62,524 nt of DNA, filler included, from Choristocarpus tenellus KU-1152 (GCA_964200185.2; 10 parts of 10 records of this genome joined end to end with filler, not necessarily neighbours in it); one strand, 5' to 3'; counted from the first letter of the whole stretch, positions 1 through 12,470 are shown. The notes: a model not told the origin generated them from the letters alone. Translations and numbers: made by a program.

Positions 1-159
1 CCCCCAGGATGCTATAGGGCAGAATACACGGTTGGGTGTGCTAGTGGAGAGGCATGGTAGTTACACGCAATCTTTTAGTCCCTCTACATGAAAAAAAATT
101 GCAATGCTCACAGCATTATAATTTGAAATAATAATAATAATATACAACTCCACTCACAC

Positions 160-3100
160 CTTGCGATATAGCTAATCTTGAGCTTCTTACGGACCCCTCG
201 GCAGGGGTCCTCAAACAGGTCAGAGAGGCTGTCCTGGCACGATATCTGCAGACTCTCTCCACCTTGCTGGTCTATCATTACCCGAAGCTTAGTGCAGACG
301 TCGAAGCTCTTTACTGGATTGTGCGTGTGGCCGTACCTGGCGCTAAGGATCTCAATCACAGGCAAGACCTTAAGACTACGCACTACCACATCCTCCTCTA
401 AAACACCGCGACCGAGCTCGTCGTCACGGACCTAGGGTAAGGAAAGTGATCGATTTCGATTGGCAGTAGTATGATGATCATCATCGTTAAAATGATACTC
501 TGGAGCAGATATGAACTGGAGAGCAGAAAAACTCTTTCTTCTTCTGTGGTGTATTCCAATTCTCTTTTGGCTTTCTGTCCTACGGATTTTCAAAAGAACC
601 AGAGCGCTCTTTATCTCAGTGACTTGACTGGTCAGAACAGTCACAGTACTCCCTGAGTAGAATTTCAAGAAAGCTCAAAGTATCTAGGGGGGGGGGGGGT
701 GGCGGCTGTCCATTTGCGGTCCATTTTTTTATGTCGCGATTTTTGTGTTATTTGGTTGCATATGTCAGATGGATAATATAAATGAACTCTTCCTGATTTT
801 GGTCCAAAATGGACATCCTGGTTTAGACCTCACCCCCCTCCCAAGTACTTTGGGTCAGAATGTCCAACAGTGGTTCTGTGCTGTTGCTTTTTGTGTGGCA
901 GGAGGGTGTCCCAGGTGACAACTCAACCATTCCCACAATATGGCATTATAGACCCACACCACAATTTTTTCCTGTAGAAATGGATTATGATATCAATTAA
1001 TGATGGGACGGTGCTATAGGAGGAGATGGTGTCTTTGCCCCCTTCTCATTTGCTAGGCATTATTCAGCATAATCTTGCTTCAGAAACTGATCTCATAAGT
1101 GGGTACACCTGTCAAGAACATCATTGCCATCCCTTTCATTTTCTCCTGTGCCCAGCATTTGAACAGGGGCTGGTACTCAGAACACACTCTGGAAAATGAA
1201 AAAGGTCAATACTGACTGCTCAGCAATAGCACAAACCTGTGGTTCCGGAAAGGGGGTGCTGATGTCAGCTCAAACTGTCATAACTAACCTGAACAACCAC
1301 CTCCCCCTTCTGCTGTAAAATAAAATTCCTTTGATACCCGTTGGTGGTGACCTCCTCCAGAGAAGTTTTCTGCTCACAGTCATGTCCAACAACCAAATGC
1401 TTGATCCGAAGCTCCTTTTTCTGTCCTGGGCTGGGGTTCCCAAAAAGCCCATTGAGATCTTCCCTCGAGGCAACCAGTTCTAGGGTACCACCACCCATGG
1501 CCTCGATAATATGCTGTACCTTGGCTGATACGTCATAGTGCAGGGGTTGCATCACATTTAGACAATTTAGGTCATCAATGAGTGGCCGAATACGATGGAG
1601 GCGCTTAATCTCATCTCGGGTCAAGACCATACCAATGTCTTTGCGATTCTGAAGTGACAAGAGATCGTTGAGCTCCTTCTGCACAGCCTTTGTGTGGCGG
1701 TCCATGCCCTCTCTGGTCTGCCCATAGGTTGCAGACTGCACTATGATAAGCGGAGCCAGGATCGGACTTCCACGTTGACAAAATAGTGGGGATATCAGTA
1801 GGAAGTAGGGAGAGGTGGGCATTGGTAATTAGTGCTTCTGATACGCTGTAGACACCCAAGGTGGAAGAATAGGCAATGGGAGGTGGAGTTAGTGATGGAT
1901 CTGCCAGCCCAACGTCGCGTTATTGGATAGTTTGACGTGTGACATCATATACCAGATGTGTTCCTTGGTTGATGTTCTATGATTAATGTTCTGTTCATTA
2001 CACAAATTTGACACAGAGAGAGTAAGTAACAATACAGTACAAAGGTAGTTGATGTGGATAATCACAACCCCCCACATTGAAGGATAGGGCTGGGTGTCTC
2101 GCCCCCTCCTCTTCAGGTAGAAGAACTGAGAGCACAATCCACTTAGAGCATATAATGCACACAGATATGCACACCAGGCCATGTTGTTCTGTACCATCCC
2201 ATGTTCACCACAGGTCTAAGTGGAAATATTCAGCAGTGAGAGACAGGGGAGTCCATAATAAGTTTTGAACTGTAGCACAGTGACCTAGGAGGCAACCATA
2301 GAGCAAAAGAAAGATGTTGCACAACCCACTCTTTCAAAACTTAAATTCATTTGTAATGTGCATCTGATTAAATCAAACAGAAACAAGTCATCAGGGAATA
2401 ATCAAGGTCTGGGGTTTTAAATCTTGAGGGAGCATTGAATGAAATACTACTAATGTCAAAATATAATTCTCCTCAAGAGAGGAGGGCATCAACAACAGTT
2501 ATTTGAGTATGCAGCTGTAGTTGAACATCTTAAGCTTCTAGGGAAAGCTGGTTCTGCTATACAATATATCTAAGACAAGTCGAAAAACTTCCACTCCCTA
2601 TATTATAGACTGACCCTCACGTTGAACTGATGTTCACCGGCGTGAGAAGATGGTTGTCCGACTCTAGAGCATCCACACGGCCCTCTGTCCCAAGTATTTC
2701 ATAGTGTATGGACAGTTCCTTGATCCGACCTGGGCATGGGTCCCCAAAGAGATCGACGAGGGATTCCTCACGAGAAATCAAGAGGTACTCGCCACCGGCA
2801 AGGTCCACTCTGCCCTGCATAAGCTCAGTCACATCAAACTGCGTGTGTGGCATAGAGCATCAAGTCTGTCATGGAGTTGTGTGAATGGGCAACTCGGTGC
2901 TTGGTTGTAGGTTCTGGTGCAACCCATGCTGTAACTGGTGCAAATAGTGACATAGATATAATTATTGGAAGGTGTCACAAGACTGAAGTGTCTCCATCAC
3001 ACATATGAATTGATTTCTGAACTCAAGTGGTAGTACAATTTGTCATAATTCGGTTTTGAGCTACCCAAGGGGGCTCCTTACATCAACTAATGCCAAATCA

Positions 3101-3979
3101 AAGGTCTACAACCTTCCTTAGAACATAGTACATAGCTTTATATTTCTGTCTCCCGAGCAACAATCCTCAAAATGTCCCAACACACACATACCAGAAATAT
3201 GTTGAGGGTGCATAGCACAGTAGAGTGTGGGGAAAAAGATCGGGAAGGGGAGTCAACAGTTCGGATTTATAGGGGAGTGTGACACTCACTGTTCCCTGAC
3301 CGTTGAATGAACCTGCAGGCGAGCCGTATGAAGCTGAGAAGACTAGAACCGATGGATGTGCTTTTGGTTCACGAAGGAGCAATGATTCCATAAGATGCCC
3401 TTCCTTGCTTTCCTCTTCCTGACACCATATTTCTCGTCGCAGACCCTTTCCCTGCTCGTTCAATGGCATGTACCTGATCCGTAACATTTTCCGCACGCCA
3501 GGGCAAGGGTTCCCAAACCATGCCGTGAGATCCTCCATAATGTCAACATCAAGATGACCGAAGACCCCATGATCATCCACACGTTTCTGAATTTTCGCTC
3601 TGATATCCACAGCCAACCGAGCATCCTTGGGATGACCGTAGGACGCGGCAAGGATACGAAGATTACCTTCACCTATGGGCTCACTGTGAAAAAGTGTACA
3701 TGGGTGCTGCAACACCGTGCAGCAACGAAGACACCAGCGGTAGACATCTAGGACGGATTCATTGCCGTGCCAATGTCCACAGTTTGGACATCGGATCCTG
3801 GACCCCGAATATACTGTGGGCAGGGTGTAATTTGGTCCCGAGCAGAATGCTCTTGATCCGTTGTTCGGCGCATCACACAGTCCGTAAATGTCTTTTTGCA
3901 GAAGATCCCAATCCTTGTTACGCTGGTGCAATTGAAACCTCTGTGACATTATATACTCTTGATCCTCTGACAATGTCAT
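160..3979 (-). CDS. Spliced gene: N-terminal Cys/His (Zn-ribbon-like) region plus four tandem DNAJC11-C-terminal (DUF3395)/SUEL-lectin-like repeats; 3' end uncertain
   Basis: Phase-compatible exons 3979-3290, 2838-2621, 1766-1289 and 431-160 with GT/AG boundaries. Each repeat has A[STR]YG...D[VI]...LF[GE][DN]P[CS][PR]G..K.L.I.[YH]. The N-terminus has CPNCGHWH...CLRCC. A short terminal exon at 83-41 is possible. Confidence 0.8.
672..856 (+). mobile_element. MITE family B (poly-G/poly-C subterminal), intronic
   Basis: CTCAAAGTATCTA-G(n)-...GTCCATTTG...CAAAATGGAC...C(n)-AGTACTTTGGGTC, flanked by AGAA. Confidence 0.85.
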
Positions 3980-4213
3980 AAATTAATCATACTGGTTTCT
4001 CGCAAGAACAATTTAAGGTTTTGAAACGGGCAGTAACCCCAACATGCTACAGATGAATTGCACATACACGAGCACAAAAAGTGAGTATCTTCCAGGGATT
4101 TAAGGATACTTGAGACAGGGCAACTATCCACTCACACCTGAGGCTTTTCCAACAAGTTCTTGGCGAGGTTTACCTTCCTCAAGTGTGTTTGTGGACAGGA
4201 AAGGGCAGGACGT
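3980..4213. promoter_or_regulatory. Putative bidirectional promoter
   Basis: Only about 235 bp separate two divergent start codons (3979 minus, 4214 plus). Confidence 0.45.
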
Positions 4214-5258
4214 ATGGACGATGACGATGACATTCCGACCGCCATACTCACCGCAAGTACATACCACGAACGCAAATGGGCTCCAGTTGTCCTTTTGGGA
4301 CCAGTCATGCCGGTGTTATTGGCGGTCGTAATTGTCATCTTCGGACGACCTATCCTCAAGGAAAGGTGTTGTTGTTGGCTGAGAGGGCTTCTCGTATCCA
4401 CAAGAAAATATTGTTCAGGTTGCTATTATCGGTGGATAGTGTATGTCTTGTCTGAAATACACACCAACTCACTATTTTTCCGATCTAAGTACCTGACTTG
4501 TCACAAGCACTAGATCTCTACAAACTCAGAATATAACAAGTACCACTATAATTGTACATCCCTCTCCAACCCACAGGCAGACGAAATCGTGACATCAGAG
4601 GATATTGTTTGTGGATACCCAATTGACACTTTCGTGTTAGGCGCCATAATCACTAGCCATCTCCTTCTGGCAATTTTCGCGTGGACTTTTCTCGGGTTTG
4701 AAACTCACTTCACCATCAGGGGGCGCAGAAGGCGCCTCTTGAGACCTTTTTCCAGTCTAGCTGTGGTGGGCTTCGTATACACAATGGTTTTCCTCCTGAG
4801 CTTGGGCGTGTGAGTGACACACCCTTTCTTGCGCGGAAATAAAAAAAGAAAAGGAAACAGTGTTCTAGACTTAACAGACTTTGGACTGCAATGGGATATT
4901 CTTCTAATTGGAATCACAGACGAAATTTTGGCATAGTAGATGCGGGTCTTGTTTTTGTATTAGAGTTTATAGTAGTGATTCTCAAGACAGAGCCAGCCCA
5001 CTCTTCCATTAAAATGTGTATAGACGCTTACAGTGACTGTATGTGGCATTAATTTTCCAGGTGGACCTTGGGGACATGGGCAGTGGCAAAAGACCTGGAG
5101 GGTCAAACCTGCCGCACAAGTAACCCTGTGCTTTACTCTTTTTCTATGTTCCTCGTGATCACCTACTGGGTTGGGATATTCTTTGGTGTGGTGGCGCTTG
5201 TTCGGATTACATGTGGAAAAAAAATAATCTCCGGAGCACAAGCCCAGGTTGAAAAGGT

Positions 5259-5296
<38 letters not shown>

Positions 5297-6515
5297 TTAG
5301 CAAGCTTAGTTAAGAGGTCATCAAATTTACAAAGATACCTGGAAAATGGTAATAGCCATGACCCTCAGAGCCGAGTTGATGTTTCACACGGTTTACTTGC
5401 GCATTGGGTTTAGGTACACCTGGGTAAAAGTACCAAATAGTATTTATGAGTACAACTATCTTGAATGAACCTGAGTGAAAACTTGTGTGCCAACAGCACA
5501 TGCAGGTTTCTCTTCGTTGCATAACCTTACAGTTCCTGTAAAGTGCATTTGTTTCCCAGCACTATATGAAACTTCAAAGGAAGTCAGAGATGGTGCAGAA
5601 CTCCAATGATTTGTATGGCGTGTTGCTGGAATGCCAGTTGCTTCCCCAGTGAAGGATGTTGGCTTATTGAGGGCATCAGCTAGGATACCCAGGGCTCTCC
5701 CAACACCCAGCAACCATTGCAACTAGCAAGGTTCTATTTTACCGTCATGAGATTGCTTTATAGCAAGTGCTCAGATCACCGCTTAAGTTACATTTTCAAT
5801 GTCCCTTGGAGAAGGCCGGTGCAGATCTTCCTCCTATGTCAGAAAATCCCCATCATTTTTGGACAAGCTAAGGGGCGAAGTCACTTTGTCAAATGTGACT
5901 CAGTTCACTTGGCTGCTTCACCCATGCTGCCAACGTAAGGCGTACGGAGGTCTCCCATAGCTACAATAATAGCTACTCAAAGTCTCTATCTCAAGTGTCT
6001 GACTATTGGTCCAGGTGGAAAAAACAAAGGTAGTGTTACGTTAACATCAGAAAATGCGGTTGAGGACATATGCAATACTGATGTATCTCAGCAAAAACTC
6101 GTGTTACCATCATAACCTTCACTCTTGTCATCTGCATGTGATGTGTGGGGCACTTCAAATGACCATCGCTGCCAATCAATGGATGCCATGTTCTGTGCTC
6201 TCCAACGGATTCTTCTATTGTACCTCTCTCATGGGGGGTTCGATTCAGGCAAAGCAGTATGGGCAAAATAAAGAAGAGGCAGAGGTGGCAAGGGCCGAAG
6301 AGCTGTTGGCAATAAGAAAGTTCAATGATCTGGATGAGGAAGGTGTGGGGTCAATCAACAATGACCAATTTGAGGATCTGGTTCAAGAGCTGGCCATGGG
6401 ATTGAATAGTAAGAAGCTGAAGAAAGCTCTGGCTAAACTTGATCCAAATGGAGAGGGCCGTGTGGAACGTGTTGATTTCATACAGTGGTACAAGGAAGTG
6501 AACAAGGGTGGGTGA
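4214..6515 (+). CDS. Multi-pass membrane protein with C-terminal EF-hand pair
   Basis: ATG at 4214 (MDDDDDIP...). Exons about 4214-44xx (donor uncertain), about 4577-4809, 5061-5256 and 6249-6515; the last two junctions are phase-compatible. There are about four hydrophobic segments. The last exon encodes the EF loops DEEGVGSINNDQF and DPNGEGRVERVDF. Confidence 0.75.
5264..5292. repeat. (GA)n microsatellite at intron 5' end
   Basis: Read directly from the sequence. Confidence 0.95.
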
Positions 6516-6904
6516 ATAGTACAACGGAGGGAGAAAAGATGGGAACATATTCCAGATCCCTTCGTGAGAGGGGGATTGAAAGCCCTTGCATAGATCACAC
6601 TTCTTGATACAGCGGTATGCCTGGTTGTGCATGCATGAAGTATGCTGAGCTGATGCCCTTGACCTTTTTCTTTTTTTATCACTGTCCTTGTGAGAAAAAG
6701 TGAGCAATGCAAATATGGGCATTGGAAATGAGCACATGCACATTGCCGGATGCAGTGTGGTGGTTGGTGTCTTTGTATTTTAAACCTTTAGTGACAACTT
6801 TGAGAGATTGGCTAGGATTTTTATGTATTCGAATGCCAGAGGCATTGGAACGCTCTAGGTTGTACGCAGGCGATAGGAAACCTCTCAAAGGCTGATATCT
6901 AGTG

Positions 6905-7015
6905 GTGTCTGTGTCTATGTCTGTGTCTGTGTTTGTGTTTGTGTTTGTGTTTGTGTTTGTGTTTGTGTTTGTGTTTGTGTTTGTGTTTGTGTCTGTGTCT
7001 ATGTCTGTCTGTTTC
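6905..7015. repeat. (GTGTTT/GTGTCT)n hexamer microsatellite
   Basis: Read directly from the sequence. Confidence 0.95.
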
Positions 7016-7134
7016 TGTATGTTGTGTGCAATGTGTCATTACGGAGAATTCTGGTAGAGCATGATCTATGCTATTAATAGGATGTTTTCCACTTTAAAAG
7101 AGGCACGGGGTGGTTCTTCTGAATACAGCACGGT

Positions 7135-7415
7135 GAGTAAAAGTATCTTTAGAAGGTAAAAAATTTGCCCTGTTTGTCCATTTGGGGCTTGGCTTCCCAC
7201 CAGTTTTTAAGACATTTTCCTCTGTATGTTTCGGAATTGGTAAAATGTATACGTTTTTTAAAATTAGGTTTCATGTATAACTATGAAAAGGTGTGTCCGG
7301 AACAAGGATATTGACACCTCCTCACAAACACGATAGCTAAAATTACATCAAAATCGCAACATTGGATTTTGTCCCCCAAATGGACGCGGCCGTACCCTCT
7401 AAGATACTTTGGCTC
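7135..7415 (+). mobile_element. MITE family A, full copy (TSD GGT)
   Basis: GAGTAAAAGTATCT...AGATACTTTGGCTC termini; body shared with more than 10 other copies. Confidence 0.9.
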
Positions 7416-8330
7416 GGTGCCAAATTCCGATCATAATCTACTTGTCTTCACGATACTAGACTTCGAGCTTTCCTGTGTTATAAATAGTTTTGGTGGGCTG
7501 ATAGCAGTTGATCCTCTCATGAACAGAAAAGGACGTGCTTGTTCAGATTTCTTGTGCAATGATAAATGAATTGTTACTAAGGAGTGAAGGATGACAACCT
7601 CTTCATCTACTTGGGCTAGGATTAGATTAACATACCTACTACATTACTTGAAGCATTTAACATGTCTCAGAAAGTTTTCTTATGCTTGTGAGGCATTTCA
7701 ATAGAATGAAAAAGATCGGGAACTTTAGACATATGGGACTTTCTGTTGGACCAACCAAGAACTGCTTCACAATCAGGTAGTTTAAATTGTGAGATAAGTT
7801 GAAAGGAAGTTGTTGATAAACTCAAAAAAGAATGCTAGCCAAGTTGAGGTGAAGATTATGATGCAGGGAGCTTTCAATCCGTCTCTCCTGAATACGTTCC
7901 TCAAACAGTTAAAATGGTGAACACTTAGAAGGTGCACTGCTCTGCCTCTTTCACCTACATAGCTCAGGCAATGTCCCCTTGATGTGACCCCACAGCATCA
8001 AAATCATAGCTGCCAGACTTTCAACTCAACAACCAAAGGAAAAATATGCCTGTAGGGCAGAGCTTCACCAATCCTTTATCCTTACAGCTAACTAAAATCC
8101 AACATATGTTGACTTAGCGTCATCCAGTTTGTCCGGAGGATTGCAGCCTTCTATTACCGGATCTTAAGGTGGTTGTTCACCTATGAAGTAGTGTACCAAA
8201 CGTCCTTACACACAACATGAACAGATAGGGAGTACAGGTTGAGGATTTGCACATCGAGGTGAAAAACAAAAGCATCAGAGTGCAAGAACTACTGTTGTGT
8301 ATGTATGTATGTATGTATGTATGTATGTTA

Positions 8331-8665
8331 CAGGCGATATGTCTTCATGGCGGTTTCACAGCACCATTATGACCTTCAAGTCCAAGATTTGATATATTTG
8401 TACTTCTTGACTATTTAGTTATTATTTAGTGATTATCAGGCGGTACATCCTTGCCAGTTCCTTTCATTCGGTGATTTTGATGATACTTATGAAGGAATAG
8501 TCCAAGAGAGGGATCCAGCATATATCACGACTTATGAATCGGTGTCATCTATAGGCTTGTGGATTAGAGGTATATATCCTGTAGTACGTACTTGTGGATT
8601 AGAGGTATATATCCTGTGGAGGTAAGCTTCTGGAGCGTGCTGTAACATGGAGGTCCTACCGCCTC
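8331..8665 (+). mobile_element. Non-autonomous TIR element family C (CAGGCG...CGCCT[GC]), likely Tc1/mariner-derived
   Basis: An inverted homologue at about 24692-25218 ends CCGCCTG|TA, and a partial copy lies at about 27930-28035. The left end follows TA in a (GTAT)n tract. Confidence 0.65.
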
Positions 8666-10509
8666 TCTTCTAACTGGAGAGAGTACTCAGTATTTACCTC
8701 AGACTAGGTAACAAAAACAGAAGCAATGAACAACTTTACCCTACTATGGTTGGATGTTTTTCGTGCCTTCTAAGACCTTCAAAATCCTGGATTTGCTAAA
8801 TAGAAGATTTTTTTAAAGTCTTAAGTGAGTTAAGACTTTTCTTATTTTAAAAGGACAAAGACGCTGTCGCAGAAGAAGGTTATACAATAATTACAGTTAA
8901 ATAAAAACACAAAATCGATCGAGTATTATTCTAGAATATAGAAAATGGTCTTTTCGTAGTTATCTAATAGCTAATTTTTGTGTAAAGTGCTTTTGTGAAG
9001 ATCTTAAACATAAATCATTTAGATTATTGTCGAAAAATATATGGAAACATTCAAATCTTTCCTATGCTTTATAATTCAATCTTTAGAAAGTAGGTTAGAT
9101 GCTACTCTTTTTTGTCCAGGTCTTTTTTCACCTATTCCAGCAAGTTATTTTTTTTGTCAGGATTTGATTGGTAGAAAGTAAAATTACTTCTGACTCTAAC
9201 ACGGTATTTACACCAAACTGGATTGCAATATGGAAAGGGTTATACAGTAAACTTCAATTAAGCGCTACAAATTTACTGAATTAATAGCGGATCTTTTTTT
9301 CTTTATTTGACCCAGGCGAATATTCTGGAGAAGATCATTTTTTTGTAAATAAACTTACAATTGTTTCTGCATCGCTTTATAAAATATATCCCGAAAAAAT
9401 GGCACCAGCGATACTGTTTTATTTGCTGTTATCATGGAAACAATATCTTTGCAAGGTATTACCTTAAATTTAACCATCGGAATAAAAATAATAATAATAA
9501 CGCCAACTAGAGTTTTAATGATTACCGGTTGAGATGTAAAGAGTTCCTAAAGATTAATCCCACAAATAGCTTACCAGTATTAAAACTCCAAGACCATGTA
9601 TTAAATTTAATTGACACATATTCCATCATAATACATGTGAGATAAACTTTTGAAAAAATTTACTTCATGCCCTCTCATAAAATTTAAAGCTCATACTAAA
9701 AAGTATATAAGTTAATTTAATAATAAAATTTAGAAGCATTGATTTGAAGTATATTGGTACCAGATTTGACAAGGGAACAAATCACTCACTACAAAATACT
9801 TAAGATGATCAGTTGAAACACTATAATCGAATTTTCTACATCTTAGTTAGATATTTTGATATTTCCTGTATATTAGACTCTGGAAATGACTTTGTTTCTA
9901 TTATGTTTAGTCCATGGTCGTTAAGCAAACAATAATATCTGTCCGGACCACCAAATGCCCTGAAAGCATAATATGGTTTTGTTAAATCTAGAGTCTATAA
10001 TACCCGTTTTGATTTTTTAAAAGTTTTTGTGATTTTTAATATAGTTTTGATTAAGATAGTATTTTGGAAATGTCTACTTACCTTTTTTTCTCTTTTCTAT
10101 GTTGTTACTGTTCTCTGTCTTAAATTTTCTATTTTTTTTATATAAATATTTTTTCTCACACTTCTGTTCTTTTATATTAATTTATTTTTAGTGCTCATCC
10201 CATCCTTTCATTTTTCATTCATTTTTTTCATAGTTGTTGCTCTCATTATCCACTGACTTTTTTTGCCTTTCTTTTCTTCTTTTCTTTTCTTTATTATTTG
10301 TTCAGTTTCCACTTTATTACCCTCATCATCCACCGATTATTTTTCTTTCCTTACTATTTATTGCTCCTTTATTTTTATTTATTCTCAATCTTTTCTTTTT
10401 TTCTTTTCTCCCATTTGTTCTTTTCTTTCTATTTACTCCTTTTTATTTTATTTTATTTTATTACTATTTGTTGCTCTCATTGGTCCTTTATTTTTTTTAA
10501 TTTTAATTT

Positions 10510-10590
10510 TGTCATTGCCTGTTTTGCGCACCAGCAGCCTTGAGTATGCTTTGTGCTTGGGGGGCAAAGGACAGGCAATAATCAGATGCT
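10510..10590. repeat. Short hairpin repeat (ATTGCCTGT...ACAGGCAAT) beside a long T-rich tract; second copy inverted at 24268-24350
   Basis: About 80 bp of clear reverse-complement similarity between the two loci. Both abut low-complexity T-rich/A-rich tracts on the same side. Confidence 0.7.
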
Positions 10591-11129
10591 GAGTAGGTCA
10601 TGAATAATATAAGTCTAATCCTTGATAGCACTTGCATTTATATAGCTGGGAAAATTGGAACGGAAGACCCATGAATTATAGGCCTAGGCCTAATCAGAGC
10701 TATGTACTTTGTAAATTTTGAAGGTCCAGTTCAGAAGAAACAAGTGTATACTCGGATTAGGCTAGACATAATTTGACGGAGATTGTATTGTGTGACCTTA
10801 TGTACAATTTGAAGGGAACATGGATAAATTAATCACATTTGTGATTAGAGAGATCGGAACTGGGGACCCATTCATTTTTAGGCCCTGTCAGAGATATATA
10901 CTTTGTAAATTTTGAAGATGTGTTTCAGAAGGAGCAAGTGTATACTCACATTTATGCCAGGTGCAAACCGACTCTGATGGCATTCTGTGACCCTTGAGAA
11001 AGATTTTCCCAAAATAAACAAGGATATTTGTTGACCTGTTTTGGATCTAGTTGGAGTTATATATATATATATATATTTAAATAAAAGTATATACTCTTAC
11101 CTGGTCAGACATTTATTGGTCTTGACTGT

Positions 11130-11210
11130 GAGTGAAAGTATCTTAGAGGGTACGAGTTTTGCCGTGTTTGTCCATTTGGGGCTTGACATCCCACGGGTTT
11201 TTAATGACAT
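11130..11210 (+). mobile_element. MITE family A, left end (cut by linker)
   Basis: GAGTGAAAGTATCTTAGAGGGTACGAG...GTCCATTTGGGGC. Confidence 0.85.
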
Positions 11211-11310
11211 NNNNNNNNNNNNNNNNNNNNNNNNNNNNNNNNNNNNNNNNNNNNTTAATTAATTAANNNNNNNNNNNNNNNNNNNNNNNNNNNNNNNNNN
11301 NNNNNNNNNN
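11211..11310. other. Artificial 100-nt assembly linker (44N-TTAATTAATTAA-44N)
   Basis: Identical linkers start at 23417, 28649, 38608, 43875, 46555, 49886, 56120 and 59289. The core gives stop codons in all six frames. Confidence 0.98.
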
Positions 11311-11373
11311 TGATTTTGGTCCATATGGACACCCTAGTGTAGACCCCCCCCCCCCTCCCAGATACTTTGGGTC

Positions 11374-12470
11374 AATGTGGTTGGATCTTCAACCACTGTA
11401 GAGTACTGCTCTGCAGTCTCTGCCACCTCGGGAAAGCAGGGAGAGAGCGACGAGTCCATCGCCAGGTGGTACAGGGACGAAGTCTGTGGGGAATCCTGGT
11501 CATGGCGGGTGAAGGGAGAACCGAGGTGTCCGCCCAAAGGGAAGGTTGGCGAAGAGAGCAGTGCGACTGCGTGCCATTGCGCTCAGGAAACGCCTAAGCA
11601 AAAACCCGGGTGTAGAATATCTTAGTAGTCGACAGTTGCAACAGGCCCTGGCTGTTTGGAGGCAGTGCGAGCCAGAGTGGCTCAAGGAAACGAGAATGAA
11701 GGTGATAGGTTTGGGGTACAAGGGCTCTGAAGCCCGAAAGAAGATCGAAAGGGCTCTCAAGGCGGAGGAGCAAGCGATTGTAACAAAGGCAGCCGTGGAG
11801 ACTTTTCGATACCACCAAATCCTTTACTTATAAGAGGTTGCGAAGCAGGTGGAGGTAGCCATCGATGAGGACGCCAGGGAAGAAGAGGGGGTGAGATTGA
11901 GACTATTTGCACACCCATTGGTCTGGTGTCTCCCACTTCTGGCAAGATGCCGTACATTCACTTTCGTTCCTGGACTTGGGGTTGGACGTATAAAGGTGTT
12001 CAAGGCTTTCTCCCCGCCTGCATTCATTTGAGAAAATTTGTGGGAAAGGCGGCTGTTAGAACCTGGAATGACGAAGGACAGGGGGAAGGGAGAGAAACAT
12101 AACTCAAGTAAAAACGTGTTGTATGTGCTTGGAGAGCAGAGGAACTTCAACGAGGTAGTTCCTAGTTTTCAGCTTATTGTCGAGCTGTATGGAGGGTTAT
12201 TTATTGCTTAATGCTCCCAAAGTATCAATGTGTGCTCAACCCCATTGAGCTCGTGTGGGGTCGAGTGAAGCACTGGCTACGACAGCAGTGTACCTATTCT
12301 TTGGACGGACTCTAAAAGAACGTTTCTTTGAGCTTGAAACCAGCTGAGGATAGGCAGGCTGCTTGGCTCGTGCGAAAGTACTGCAAGAAGGCGTACATGC
12401 ACCATCTTGTCTACTTCAAAACGGCTGCCACTGGACCGGAAGCCGATAAATAGTACAAGGTGGCAGATGG
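11374..12470 (+). mobile_element. Degenerate IS630/Tc1-mariner (DDE_3-like) transposase, internally deleted
   Basis: About 12210-12330 reads MLPKYQCVLNPIELVWGRVKHWLRQQCTYSLDGL*. 11374-12040 is homologous to the inverted copy at 56670-57290. Confidence 0.7.

Noticed and set aside
10234-10592. Hydrophobic Phe/Leu-rich ORFs resembling membrane proteins
   Set aside because: These are translations of a T-rich low-complexity tract.
11255-11266. Recurring TTAATTAATTAA palindrome
   Set aside because: It is always centred in 88 Ns, so it is an artificial six-frame stop linker.
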